A stretch of 64,000 bases of DNA from a virus. Made by a program: the position numbers and the translations under genes. The stretch's first letter is position 1, and each line of letters opens with the position of its first letter. Below the pieces are notes generated by a model. It saw only the letters and a list, made by a program, of their open reading frames with translations. It had not been told where the DNA came from and did not search any database. The stretch lies in IMG/VR virus record IMGVR_UViG_3300045988_182866. One strand, 5' to 3'. Shown piece by piece: positions 47,340 through 57,161 of the stretch.

Positions 47340-47988
47340 ACAGCCTTTTAACTTCTTTATAAAGATTAATATTAGGATTATTCACGATAAATTTAAAATA
47401 ATCATTGAATTTACCATATTCATCTTCAGGAATAGGAGATGCTCCATATTTTAATAAATTTAAAATGACATTTTTAGAGAACTTTTCAGAATCAGGCCAA
47501 TTAATTCTTTCATGATTAATATAGTTGAACCCGACAGTATTATAAATTAATTTATTTTTATATTTTGTAATAAATGGAATAATGTCTTCAGTCTTACAAT
47601 AAATTGTAAAAAAATCTGATTTAAAATTAAAAAAGATATAATCTGAATTTAAAGAAATATTATCTTCATCAATACTTTGAAAATTATTATTAATGATAAT
47701 CCTATTAGACATATAGGTATTTTTCATTTTTTGCTTAGGAATAATTCTTTTCTGAGTTGACTTTACTTCAATTTTCTTGTTTGGAAATAATTTAGAGTTA
47801 ATAATGTCACAACCAACTTCATATGCTACTTCCCCCTGTAAGATGTCAGCAATGATATATTCTTCTAATTTTGATGTAACAAATCGGGATTCTCTGGAAT
47901 TACAAGCTGTATTCAAATCTATATAACTTTGAAATCCATTCATTAATGATGAAAATGTCCGGAATTTATCTGATTTTAATTTTTTCAT
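47329..47988 (-). CDS. Hypothetical protein, 219 aa. A PD-(D/E)XK-like D...E-V-K motif is weak.
   Basis: GCDIIN...KIEVKST could be a nuclease core; not asserted. Confidence 0.35.
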   Translation of the reverse strand: MKKLKSDKFRTFSSLMNGFQSYIDLNTACNSRESRFVTSKLEEYIIADILQGEVAYEVGCDIINSKLFPNKKIEVKSTQKRIIPKQKMKNTYMSNRIIINNNFQSIDEDNISLNSDYIFFNFKSDFFTIYCKTEDIIPFITKYKNKLIYNTVGFNYINHERINWPDSEKFSKNVILNLLKYGASPIPEDEYGKFNDYFKFIVNNPNINLYKEVKRLYGI

Positions 47989-48180
47989 TTTTTATTCATT
48001 AAAAATATATTCTGAAAAATAACAGGTGACTTGGCAATTTTCAAGAATAATATATGAAATTTTCAATTGAGCACCACTGAAAATTCAGATTCAGTTTATA
48101 TTCACATTTGTGAAATTTATTGATAAAAATATATTATAAAATTGATTTAAAATAATAAAAGAAATAATAGATCAAATTTA
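47989..48180. promoter_or_regulatory. Divergent AT-rich intergenic region between the minus-strand genes and the plus-strand early-type array.
   Basis: 192 nt non-coding and very AT-rich; a likely promoter region. No consensus asserted. Confidence 0.3.
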
Positions 48181-48807
48181 ATGGCTAATTTTTATGTTCC
48201 AAATTATACAGAAGAAGAATTTGAAGAATTAGATAATAAAGTTCTTCTTTTATCAAAAGAAAAATATACTCAACTGGGAATTAAATTTAACGATTATAAT
48301 CCAATAGTTGACACGAAGAAAATAATTTGTTCAATATCTTATAATGATCCAAAAGTTAATTATATTATATATGATGATATTGAAAATGTAAAATTATTTG
48401 ATGAACTTGGTGTAAATTTTTGGTATACAGTTCTTATTCAATATTTTTTACTTACTGCCAGAATAGGATCAAATGAAGCTCAAGATAATTTAAAGTATTT
48501 CTTTAATATTTCGGCAAGAAAAGATAGGACAGCTTTAAACTTTCTTAAAGTAAATCAGAATAAAAATTCAGGGATATTTTTAAAAAAAGGCTATCTTACT
48601 GAAATTGCATATTATCTTTCTAAAAAAGATTTATCTAGTTTAAGATATAATTTTATTGCTCAAGATGTATTAGATAAATTTTTTTATGTTTTTAAAAAGC
48701 TTGGGGAAAATAAAAATATTGAAATTAAAAGTAAAGATAAAATCTTGGTAAAAATTGGTATGGCAGCATTAGAAGCAATTTTAACTTTTCCTGAAACATG
48801 CGTTTAG
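48181..48807 (+). CDS. Hypothetical protein, 208 aa.
   Basis: First ORF of a tightly packed same-strand array; no motif. Confidence 0.4.
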   Translation: MANFYVPNYTEEEFEELDNKVLLLSKEKYTQLGIKFNDYNPIVDTKKIICSISYNDPKVNYIIYDDIENVKLFDELGVNFWYTVLIQYFLLTARIGSNEAQDNLKYFFNISARKDRTALNFLKVNQNKNSGIFLKKGYLTEIAYYLSKKDLSSLRYNFIAQDVLDKFFYVFKKLGENKNIEIKSKDKILVKIGMAALEAILTFPETCV

Positions 48808-49115
48808 ATAATTATACTAGAAAAACTTTATCTGTACAAATAACATGCAATTATCAATATGGTAAAGGTGAGAGAGAACTTGGTATTTGGCGCATTTTTG
48901 ATAAAAATATTGGAATATGTACAATTAATGAAGCTATTATCAATAATTTTAATGAGATAAAACAATATTATGCAGTAAAATTTAAACCTATTCTTAGACA
49001 AATTAATATTTTAATTTGTTTTATTACTCCTAAACAGGAAAAGGCTCAATTAGAAAATCCTTATAAGGATTTTCAAGGAGCTATGCTTATTGGGAAAAAT
49101 TCTGTATTGATGTAG
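48798..49115 (+). CDS. Hypothetical protein, 105 aa.
   Basis: ORF only. Confidence 0.35.
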   Translation: MRLDNYTRKTLSVQITCNYQYGKGERELGIWRIFDKNIGICTINEAIINNFNEIKQYYAVKFKPILRQINILICFITPKQEKAQLENPYKDFQGAMLIGKNSVLM

Positions 49116-49335
49116 AATATGGAAGAAATAATCAGTCAAAAGAAATATTTTTTTCATCTTCTACTTTTGAGTATATCAAAACAATTTATGATTTTCTTGA
49201 TATAAATCTTTATAATGAAGATATATTAGAAAAATTTAAAGAAAAATGCTGTAATGTTTGCCATAAAAATAAAAGAAAGTATTTGAAAGTTAATATACTG
49301 AAGTTTCTTTATTTTTGTAATGAAATTGGATATAA

Positions 49336-49800
49336 ATGGTTACAGCACCATTAAAATTTAAGAAAAATAATTTAATTATTTTAATGAGTAAATGGATTTC
49401 ATGGGATTTTGATGATACTCTTTATGATCCATATTCTGGCCAATTAATTGGACAAACTTATAAGATCTTTAAAAATCAATTAAAATCTGGAGCAAAACTT
49501 TGTATTACAACATATAGATACAGAGATGAATGTGAGACTATTGAAAAATTGTTTCCAAATATTCCAATTTTTGCAACTGGAAGAGAATCTAAAGTTGAGT
49601 TATTAAGAGGTTTAGAAGGCGGAGTAAAGAGTCATTATGACGATCATTTAACATTATGTCTTGAATTATTAAACACTAAAATTTGTCAGCCAATTTTTAT
49701 TAAGCATCATTGGATGCCAAATTATGATTTGCCAAAAGAATTAAAGATAATTAATATTACAGAAGTAAAACAAAAAGGATTTAGAGGATTATATGGATAA
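49336..49800 (+). CDS. HAD-superfamily hydrolase-like small protein.
   Basis: ISWDFDDTLYD (HAD motif I, DxDxT), CITTY (motif II Thr) and HYDDH (motif IV acidic pair). Confidence 0.45.
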   Translation: MVTAPLKFKKNNLIILMSKWISWDFDDTLYDPYSGQLIGQTYKIFKNQLKSGAKLCITTYRYRDECETIEKLFPNIPIFATGRESKVELLRGLEGGVKSHYDDHLTLCLELLNTKICQPIFIKHHWMPNYDLPKELKIINITEVKQKGFRGLYG

Positions 49801-50029
49801 AGAATTATTTGAACCATGGTTTGGAGAAGTTTTCTTTGATGGTATTGTTGCCGGGTTTATTACTATCTCTGAACCAAAAGTAATTATATTTGTTTCTGAA
49901 ATTGGTAATTGCCCAACATACGGTGGTGTTTTGCTTTCTGAAAAAGATAAAGTAGGAAAAATAATTTTATTTCCTCCGGATAATAAAATTGAAAATATAG
50001 TAGAGACTGTTCGAAATGGAGGAGAATAA
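49793..50029 (+). CDS. Hypothetical protein, 78 aa.
   Basis: ORF only. Confidence 0.35.
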   Translation: MDKELFEPWFGEVFFDGIVAGFITISEPKVIIFVSEIGNCPTYGGVLLSEKDKVGKIILFPPDNKIENIVETVRNGGE

Positions 50030-50798
50030 AGAAGTTGATTATTCTTATGTGACTTTTTATCGAGATAAAACTGGAGAAGTTTTGAGGTATAAATTTGGAA
50101 GATGCCTTAATGACTGTATTTCTGATTTTAAAGTTTATCTTGATGAAAATAAAAATCTGATTCAACTTTATAAAAATAATAAAAGAATTTTTTCTGGAAA
50201 TTTATCTAATGAAGATACTTGGAAACGTAAAGTTTATTTCTATCTTTTGAAAGACATATTTCCAAATGAACCAATTAAAATTGACTGGAATTGGAACAAT
50301 CAAAATATTCATATTCTTCAAAAAGAATTAAGCAAGGAACGAAAAGAAAGATTTGAGAAAAATCCAAGACATTATGTTCTCAAATATGGGCTTGACTCTG
50401 AAGAAGGAAAATTATTAATAGAAGCCCCCTATATTCCAGGAAAAGAATTTAAGAAAATTATAGGAGGACCTAAATGGAAAGATTGGAAACTTGCAATTAA
50501 AAAAGATCCGAAAATGCCTCTTCGAGTCATATTGACTCATATACGACACACTAAGACCAATTATGATTTATATATGAGACAAAGAATGTGTATAAAGCTA
50601 GCCCGAGAAAAGGTTAAAGATGAAATTTTTAATATTGCTTTATCTTGGGGAATTGACGAAAAGAAACTAGAAAAAGCTTTAACTCCAAGAATTATTAAAA
50701 GGGAAAGTCGCAATATACAAACAATAATTAAAAAAGCCATGAGGCTTACTAGAACTAATGAATGGCAGAATCAAAGACTACGCTCCAAGAAAGCTTGA
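50016..50798 (+). CDS. Hypothetical protein, 260 aa.
   Basis: ORF only; Lys-rich. Confidence 0.4.
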   Translation: MEENKEVDYSYVTFYRDKTGEVLRYKFGRCLNDCISDFKVYLDENKNLIQLYKNNKRIFSGNLSNEDTWKRKVYFYLLKDIFPNEPIKIDWNWNNQNIHILQKELSKERKERFEKNPRHYVLKYGLDSEEGKLLIEAPYIPGKEFKKIIGGPKWKDWKLAIKKDPKMPLRVILTHIRHTKTNYDLYMRQRMCIKLAREKVKDEIFNIALSWGIDEKKLEKALTPRIIKRESRNIQTIIKKAMRLTRTNEWQNQRLRSKKA

Positions 50799-51021
50799 AG
50801 AAAAACAATTGAGTACATTAACTTTTGTTGAAAAGATTTATTCTCCTTCAGATAATTTATTAGAATTCACTTGTTTTTTACCTATTGAAGATACTATGTA
50901 TAAGATAAACTATTCTAGAAAAAAATTTGATGATGGAGGAGAACCCGTTGGAGATTTTTACCTTATTGGCGGAAGATGTATCCCTTGCAGTATAAAGTAT
51001 AAAATTACAGACGAAGACTAA
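50758..51021 (+). CDS. Hypothetical protein, 87 aa.
   Basis: ORF only. Confidence 0.3.
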   Translation: MNGRIKDYAPRKLEEKQLSTLTFVEKIYSPSDNLLEFTCFLPIEDTMYKINYSRKKFDDGGEPVGDFYLIGGRCIPCSIKYKITDED

Positions 51022-51022
51022 A

Positions 51023-51385
51023 ATGGACGAATCATATACATTTAAAAAATATTTGTTGGGCCTGGTTAAAAACACAGAAAATCACGATATATTTTATTTT
51101 AAACCAGGAACAATTTTTATAAATTGCTATTTCCCAGGTAATTTTATAATTGAGATTAATAAAGAATATCCTATGGGAGGAGCTACAAAATTTATTGCTA
51201 GCTTAATAGATGCTAAATTTAGAACAACTATTCTTACTTGTTTCCTTGATGAAGATGAATATCATACGTTTCACTCGGCAGCAAGAAATTATCGAACTAA
51301 ACGAGGAAAACAGATTGAAAATCACATGAAATATATTTTAGAACAGTGGAAGAAAGACGAGTTCTATGATAGAGATAAAATGTAA
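51023..51385 (+). CDS. Hypothetical protein, 120 aa.
   Basis: ORF only. Confidence 0.35.
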   Translation: MDESYTFKKYLLGLVKNTENHDIFYFKPGTIFINCYFPGNFIIEINKEYPMGGATKFIASLIDAKFRTTILTCFLDEDEYHTFHSAARNYRTKRGKQIENHMKYILEQWKKDEFYDRDKM

Positions 51386-51424
51386 AGCACCTTTGATTTT
51401 ATAGAAAAAATATAAAAATAAGTT

Positions 51425-51994
51425 ATGTTTAAAAACCTATCCATCATTTTTCTGATGGCAATTTTACCATCGTCTGCCCTTGAATATGGTTTTAGTCTTT
51501 CGGGTTCAGCTTATACAGGGCATGGTAAAATAACTGAGAATTTCGATATTCCAGATCTTTCTGGATTCGAATTATCATTATGGGGTAAGCAACAAAAGGT
51601 TGATTCAAAGTTTTCTCATACTTTTTCTTTTATTTTTGGCCAATTGGGAGGAGAAAAAGAATATCTTAATAAAAATATTGGCCTAGATCTTACCATTTAT
51701 CCATTCATGTTTGGTTATAAAGCCCAGTACAATTATACTGATCGAATTGGATTTTATGGTGAAGTTCTAGGCGGAATATCTTATGGAGAAGTTAAAGTTG
51801 ATTGGCCGTCTCAATTTGGACCAGGTTTCGAAGAAAACCGATATAAAGCGGCTATGGGAACCTTTGAATTTGGAACAGGTATTTCAATTAGACTTGATGA
51901 AGATGTTCGTCTAAATGTTGGATATTCAATGTATAAATTTGAATATTGCCAACCATTCAATGGTGTTAAGATCGGGCTTTCCTTGTCTTTTTAG
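51425..51994 (+). CDS. Outer-membrane beta-barrel protein with a signal peptide (Ail/Lom/OmpW-like small OMP).
   Basis: N-terminal signal (MFKNLSIIFLMAILPSSALE), alternating amphipathic beta-strand pattern rich in Gly and aromatics, and the C-terminal ...GVKIGLSLSF ending in Phe, which is the OMP beta-barrel signature. Confidence 0.5.
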   Translation: MFKNLSIIFLMAILPSSALEYGFSLSGSAYTGHGKITENFDIPDLSGFELSLWGKQQKVDSKFSHTFSFIFGQLGGEKEYLNKNIGLDLTIYPFMFGYKAQYNYTDRIGFYGEVLGGISYGEVKVDWPSQFGPGFEENRYKAAMGTFEFGTGISIRLDEDVRLNVGYSMYKFEYCQPFNGVKIGLSLSF

Positions 51995-52208
51995 TAGGCT
52001 TAACTTCTTTAATTAATTCTTCGGTTTTAACTTCAGCAGAAGGCGTTTCAGAAACAATTTCTTCGGCTTTCTTCGCTTCAAATATTTCAGCTAACTTAAT
52101 TTCTTCAGGAGTCATATCAGCCTCAGTAACAGGTTGAGGCTTAGTAACTGGAAACTGGCTGTTAAGCATTTCAACTAAACTCATTACAGGTCCATTAGTC
52201 ATAGACAT
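51966..52208 (-). CDS. Hypothetical Lys/Glu-rich small protein on the opposite strand, 80 aa.
   Basis: ORF on the minus strand overlapping the OMP gene's 3' end by 29 nt; may be spurious. Confidence 0.25.
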   Translation of the reverse strand: MSMTNGPVMSLVEMLNSQFPVTKPQPVTEADMTPEEIKLAEIFEAKKAEEIVSETPSAEVKTEELIKEVKPTKKTRKARS

Positions 52209-52214
52209 ATATTT

Positions 52215-52445
52215 ATGATAAACATTATAATTTATATAATACTATCAATAGTTGTAGTTATTGCGAATTTTTGCGCTCTTTTATTAATAGGCGATTCTAT
52301 TACTATTATTTGGACCTGGTTTAAAAAGAAAGAAATTTGTGAAACCAAAAAGGAATTGTTGTTCAGTAATACTACTGGGCTTGGATTGATTTTTATGCTA
52401 GATGTTATTGTAATTCCTTGTATGTATTTGATTGCAACAAATTAA
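52215..52445 (+). CDS. Small membrane protein with two transmembrane helices, 76 aa.
   Basis: IIIYIILSIVVVIANFCALLLIG and GLGLIFMLDVIVIPCMYLIA. Confidence 0.35.
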   Translation: MINIIIYIILSIVVVIANFCALLLIGDSITIIWTWFKKKEICETKKELLFSNTTGLGLIFMLDVIVIPCMYLIATN

Positions 52446-52479
52446 GCTATATAGCAAGTTTTGAATTTAAAAGCGATAT

Positions 52480-52785
52480 TTGATGATGAATACCTATGAC
52501 ATTAGAGAATATTTTGATAATATTTTATTAGGAAATCCTGAAGAAATTATTGATAATCTTTCTATTATAGAAGATCATTTTTTCTATGTTGTTAATTTTA
52601 TAAATGAAAATAATGAAGATTACATCTATAGTATAGATAAATCTTTAATTTTTAATTTATGGGGATTGTTAGGACATCATGTTCGGGTATATTTGAATAA
52701 CGAAGAACATAATTATAAGTTTACATATAGAATATCTCATAAAAAGTATAAGAAAATTTTGCAAGAAATAAAGGAACGAAAGTAA
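52480..52785 (+). CDS. Hypothetical protein, 101 aa.
   Basis: ORF only. Confidence 0.35.
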   Translation: MMMNTYDIREYFDNILLGNPEEIIDNLSIIEDHFFYVVNFINENNEDYIYSIDKSLIFNLWGLLGHHVRVYLNNEEHNYKFTYRISHKKYKKILQEIKERK

Positions 52786-52790
52786 CAAAA

Positions 52791-53183
52791 ATGATAAAAA
52801 ATCTTATTATAAAAGTTATAAAGGAAAATATTAAAAAAGGAAAATATTATACCTTTGATGATAAAGTAATTAGTCAAAATATTTGTATTGAAGATTATTT
52901 TGATAATTTTGGTCTTGAAATTAGAATTCATACTGATGAAGATTCTTTAGATAATACTATTCAAATTAAGCATAATGGTATCTTGATTAAAGAATTTAAT
53001 ATTGATAAAAGTAATTTAGATATTGCTTCTCTTCAAGAAGAATATCATCAGGAAAAACTTTCCGAAATTGAAAATGCTATTTTAGAAAAATATAATATCA
53101 TTAAAACCAAACCTATTAAAATGGGTGTCGATAAAGATACCGGTCTTCCTTTTACATATTATACTGATGGTCTAGCAGAATGA
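52791..53183 (+). CDS. Hypothetical protein, 130 aa.
   Basis: ORF only. Confidence 0.35.
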   Translation: MIKNLIIKVIKENIKKGKYYTFDDKVISQNICIEDYFDNFGLEIRIHTDEDSLDNTIQIKHNGILIKEFNIDKSNLDIASLQEEYHQEKLSEIENAILEKYNIIKTKPIKMGVDKDTGLPFTYYTDGLAE

Positions 53184-53485
53184 ATGATGATATAGTTTTA
53201 GAATTCTTGGAAAAGCTAAGTAAAAATCTTGATAATATTAAAGTTGATTATGATAGCGACCAAGTAATATTTCAGGAACCGGGTAATCCTTATAAGTTTG
53301 TATATTACAAAGAAAGTATGTATCCTTATAGAGGAGAAAGAATTAAAGTATATGTTTATGAAAATGATCAGAAACTATATGAATATAATGTCGATGGCCA
53401 GCAAATGTATAGTTTAGCCGAAAAAGTTTTTTATTTTAAGGTTAATGCTTTAAAAACTTATATTAATCGTTTTCTTAACTCATGA
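53180..53485 (+). CDS. Hypothetical protein, 101 aa.
   Basis: ORF only; overlapping start and stop. Confidence 0.35.
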   Translation: MNDDIVLEFLEKLSKNLDNIKVDYDSDQVIFQEPGNPYKFVYYKESMYPYRGERIKVYVYENDQKLYEYNVDGQQMYSLAEKVFYFKVNALKTYINRFLNS

Positions 53486-53778
53486 ATTGGAAAATTTATT
53501 CTGAAGAAAAACCTAAGCCTTTTAAACAGGTAATTGCTTATAATCCTAAATGGAGAGGTGATAAAATTGTTCTGGGATATTTGGACGACAGCGATATTGA
53601 TGAAAAATTCAATTATATGCTATTAATGTCCTCGGACCAGAAATTTCATACTTTCGAAGGCAAACCGACGCGATGGATTGATCCTGAAGAATTGATTAAA
53701 GATATTGGATTAAAGGGAGTCTTTGAAAGTTTTAATCATGTATTTGATACGGTTTTTGGTTCATGGAATGGAAATTAA
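53482..53778 (+). CDS. Hypothetical protein, 98 aa.
   Basis: ORF only. Confidence 0.35.
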   Translation: MNWKIYSEEKPKPFKQVIAYNPKWRGDKIVLGYLDDSDIDEKFNYMLLMSSDQKFHTFEGKPTRWIDPEELIKDIGLKGVFESFNHVFDTVFGSWNGN

Positions 53779-54191
53779 TTAATATCTGGGATGTTGTCCA
53801 AACTAAAACAGGTGTAGTCGGAATTGTTATTACAAAATTTACAGATCACATTAATTTAGCTTTACACGGGCATATTCAAACAATTTTAATTACAGATATT
53901 GAATTTAAACTTGGGAATATTAAAAGTTTAATTGATATATTTCCTATTTCTAAACAATATTCCAGCCAGAATTTTGAAGAAGAAAAGGAGCAACAGATTT
54001 ATTTTGACTATGAGAAAGATTCTTTAAAGGATAAATTGGGAAAAATTTCAATGGACATTCTCTTTAAACGAAAAATTTTAGAAGTTTCTTTTCATAAAAA
54101 TTCTGAACATCCTGTGCTATTCCATGCGATAAGAAGCGTTTCTCAAAAAGAATATGAAGAAATCTTAGAAGAGATGAACAATGAAAATTAA
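53763..54191 (+). CDS. Hypothetical protein, 142 aa.
   Basis: ORF only. Confidence 0.35.
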   Translation: MEWKLINIWDVVQTKTGVVGIVITKFTDHINLALHGHIQTILITDIEFKLGNIKSLIDIFPISKQYSSQNFEEEKEQQIYFDYEKDSLKDKLGKISMDILFKRKILEVSFHKNSEHPVLFHAIRSVSQKEYEEILEEMNNEN

Positions 54192-54570
54192 AATTCAAAC
54201 TCAATATATTATTTTTGAAAATCCGTCTTCAGAAGAAATTTGTAAGAATACTCCAATGGTTAAGGTATACCTTAAAGACGGAGTTATTTCAACATTTGTT
54301 TGGAAGAATTCCAGAGAAGCATCCTGGCCGATTTATGAAGACCGCGAATGCCTGAATCCATTTAAAGCCGATGAAGTGATTGATAAATTTATTCAATATC
54401 CTTGCGAGTTTATATGTATCTTAAGAAAAGCTTTTGAATTTCATAATGAAGAACTGCTTAAAGATAAAGATCAGTATTATTTGAAGGGGTTTCAAAGGAA
54501 AAGCAACCAGAAAAAAGTAGTCGGAGACGGGGCCGAATTAAAAATTACTTTTTATGCAAACCACAATTGA
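54181..54570 (+). CDS. Hypothetical protein, 129 aa.
   Basis: ORF only. Confidence 0.35.
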   Translation: MKIKIQTQYIIFENPSSEEICKNTPMVKVYLKDGVISTFVWKNSREASWPIYEDRECLNPFKADEVIDKFIQYPCEFICILRKAFEFHNEELLKDKDQYYLKGFQRKSNQKKVVGDGAELKITFYANHN

Positions 54571-54934
54571 GCTAGTATTATCAATATATGTTGATGATAA
54601 TGGAACCCTTTTTTGTTTAATATACAAAAACAGGACTGTTGAAAAAAGTCTTCCTATTGACCTTTTTTATTTGACATATGAAGATGAAAAAACTGCTCGA
54701 GAAGCGGCTGACATGCTTTTCAGTGATCTAGATGTTCGGAATAAAATCATTGAAAAAGCCGAAAAGCGCTACAAAATAGAAAAAAAAAAAGAAAAATCAT
54801 TTCAAAGAAACGGATGGAGCAGGAAGAAAGCTTTGAGGCGTAACCTTAAAAAAGATTTTAGAAAAGTATGCGACTGGTATCTGCATATTCCATTCGATGA
54901 TGATTTTGAGAATGGCAAGAAGTATTTTTGCTGA
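54554..54934 (+). CDS. Hypothetical protein, 126 aa, with a basic C-terminus.
   Basis: ORF only. Contains an A10 run at about 54781-54790, which is a slippage-prone homopolymer. Confidence 0.35.
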   Translation: MQTTIELVLSIYVDDNGTLFCLIYKNRTVEKSLPIDLFYLTYEDEKTAREAADMLFSDLDVRNKIIEKAEKRYKIEKKKEKSFQRNGWSRKKALRRNLKKDFRKVCDWYLHIPFDDDFENGKKYFC

Positions 54935-55035
54935 ACGGAACCTTGTTAAAGTTTATTTCTTACCAAGTAATGTCTGTTAATGAAAATTTCAGAATATAAT
55001 ATTATTTTTTTACATTTATAAAAAAAGTTTGATTT

Positions 55036-55413
55036 ATGAAGCAGTTTGAAATAATTATTCATACTTTCTTTTTAAAAGATGGTTTGTCCAGGTTATTTGT
55101 ACATAAGAATAAAAAAATTAAACAAGGTTCTCCGATTAATTTTTACATGTTTAAATTCAACAATGCGGAAGAAGCGGTAAGAAATATTGATTCAATGATT
55201 TTGGACAAAACTTGGCTGTCTGAAATAGTAACTGCTTCTTTTGATTTTTATAGAAATTTTTATAATAATCAATTCGGCCGCTTCCAGAAAGAGATAAAGA
55301 AAGAACTTAATAGAATTAAAGCAAAAGAAAAAGTATACCTGCTGAACGTCTTTGAGATTTCTGGAAATGATATTAAGGCGAATTATTATAGACAATTGGA
55401 TTTATCATTATAA
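55036..55413 (+). CDS. Hypothetical protein, 125 aa.
   Basis: ORF only. Confidence 0.35.
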   Translation: MKQFEIIIHTFFLKDGLSRLFVHKNKKIKQGSPINFYMFKFNNAEEAVRNIDSMILDKTWLSEIVTASFDFYRNFYNNQFGRFQKEIKKELNRIKAKEKVYLLNVFEISGNDIKANYYRQLDLSL

Positions 55414-55614
55414 AAGTAATTTTAAAGAAGTTATTAACAGTATCAGTTTTTTCTATATTAGAAGTTGATTAAACGGTTTTAAGATTTCTTAACTATTGTA
55501 CTGTTACTTTTACCTGCATTTATGTAAACGGTTCAGAAGGCGTTAATTATGTTTAATTTTTTGATACCCATGTAATCATCATGTCGGACAATATATAAAG
55601 TTTATGTTGAAGCT

Positions 55615-56070
55615 ATGAAAAATGCAGTTGATAATCAGCATTTTTTCAATGACTCAACAGGTGATGCCAAGGTTGTATTGACTGAATTCATCAATTCAGC
55701 AGAAAATAGTGTTCGTATCTTTACTCATAGTTTAAATCATGAAATTTATAATGATTTAGAACTTATGTATGCTATTAAAAAAGCCTTAGATAGGAAAGTA
55801 CATTTTGATATTATGATTCAATCAGAAGAACCTGATGAAAAGAGTTTCCGTTTAGTGTCTTTATTAGAAGACTCTAAGTATGCTGGACTTGTTTCTTTTG
55901 AGAAAAATAAAGGAATAGGATTGAATCATAATGTTTGCACCGTAGATTCTAATAAATTCCGTTTTGAATATAATCCAGATGAGAGAAAAGCTGAGGCATC
56001 TTGGAACGACGAAGCTACTACACATAAGCTTAATAGCCTTTTAGATTCTATTAAAAATATAGCTTGTTAA
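55615..56070 (+). CDS. Hypothetical protein, 151 aa.
   Basis: Last ORF of the plus-strand array. Confidence 0.4.
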   Translation: MKNAVDNQHFFNDSTGDAKVVLTEFINSAENSVRIFTHSLNHEIYNDLELMYAIKKALDRKVHFDIMIQSEEPDEKSFRLVSLLEDSKYAGLVSFEKNKGIGLNHNVCTVDSNKFRFEYNPDERKAEASWNDEATTHKLNSLLDSIKNIAC

Positions 56071-56380
56071 TTTTTGTATTGTCTCACATATAGAAATTTA
56101 TTTGTAAAAAACTTTCTTTTTTGAAAGAAGTTTTTATTCCTCTTTCCATGGAGCAGGAGAGGATAATTCCGAAAAATTTTAAAGAAAATAATATTCATCA
56201 TAATTCAGCGGGCTGAATTTAAATTTTTATTTTCAATTTTTTATTTTTTAAAATTAAAATGCCTTGGCAGGGCACCTTCGATTTATTAGGCTATTTATAT
56301 ATTAGCATTCCTTAATGCAGGACCTTTCATATATGGCAGGTCTATTCTATATCAAGCCTCAATTTACATAGGTGTATATA

Positions 56381-56425
56381 TAAAAAGAAGCACCGGTGCG
56401 GTATAAGGCCACACCGGTGCTGGGA
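56381..56425 (-). terminator. Rho-independent terminator for the minus-strand small ORF.
   Basis: GC-rich 10-bp stem agcaccggtg/caccggtgct. On the minus strand it is followed by a T-run (ttcttttt). Confidence 0.5.
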
Positions 56426-56450
56426 AGTCCTGCTTCAGTTTAGTTCAGGA

Positions 56451-56594
56451 TCATTCTTCGTGAAGCAAACTCCAGTTTTGAGTTGCCATATCTTCAATCA
56501 TAATCTTTGCATTATGTTCTGCCATATTCCTGCTGAATCCTTTACGAAGAAGCATTTCAATTATCATCTCCAAAAGTTTATTATCTTCATTCAT
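56451..56594 (-). CDS. Small ORF A (47 aa, MNEDNKLLEMIIEML...), not in the ORF track.
   Basis: ATG-initiated ORF followed by the terminator above. Its 5' leader is paralogous to the leader of the next small ORF. Confidence 0.3.
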   Translation of the reverse strand: MNEDNKLLEMIIEMLLRKGFSRNMAEHNAKIMIEDMATQNWSLLHEE

Positions 56595-56665
56595 AATATT
56601 ATTATATGATTGATCTTAATCAGTTAAGGTAGCTTTGATAAAAGCTATTAAAGGTGGCTTTGATT

Positions 56666-56863
56666 TTATAAACTATAAATGTCTTCTTCCTGTAATCTAT
56701 TTGCATAGGCCTTTTTCTCTTCTTGATTGAATGCAATACATGCAACAGTAATAAGAAGAGTTACTATTCCCAAACCAATTCCTCTTTCAATATCTTCCAT
56801 TAAGAAGTAATCACAAGAAAGTACCAAGGTAGGAATAGTAAGAATGTATTTGAGCATCTTCAT
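56666..56863 (-). CDS. Small membrane peptide (65 aa from the ATG at 56863; the ORF track begins it at a TTG at 56878).
   Basis: MKMLKYILTIPTLVLSCDYFLMEDIERGIGLGIVTLLITVACIAF... has one or two hydrophobic helices. The leader is duplicated upstream of ORF A. Confidence 0.35.
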   Translation of the reverse strand: MKMLKYILTIPTLVLSCDYFLMEDIERGIGLGIVTLLITVACIAFNQEEKKAYANRLQEEDIYSL

Positions 56864-57110
56864 AATATTATTGTACAACTGATCTTAAACAGCACAGGTG
56901 ACTTTAACGACAGTTAAGTCATCAAAGGTGATGATCAATAAGGTGATATTACATCAGAACAGCACCGGTATATTCTGAGGAATTCTTATAATAACTTTTT
57001 TAGAATATAAAAATAAGATTTCTTAGTCTTATACTCAACTTAAGACTTATATTCTTACAAATTCTTTTAGGATATTTTTTATAAATATTCTCGAAATATT
57101 TTGTATAAAA

Positions 57111-57150
57111 AAGGGTTCCTAAGACTGTCTTTCAAATCTTAGGAACCCTT
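57111..57150 (-). terminator. Rho-independent terminator downstream of the 57162-57566 gene.
   Basis: Perfect 14-bp stem aagggttcctaaga/tcttaggaaccctt. The T-run follows on the minus strand. Confidence 0.55.
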
Positions 57151-57161
57151 GAATTAATTCA

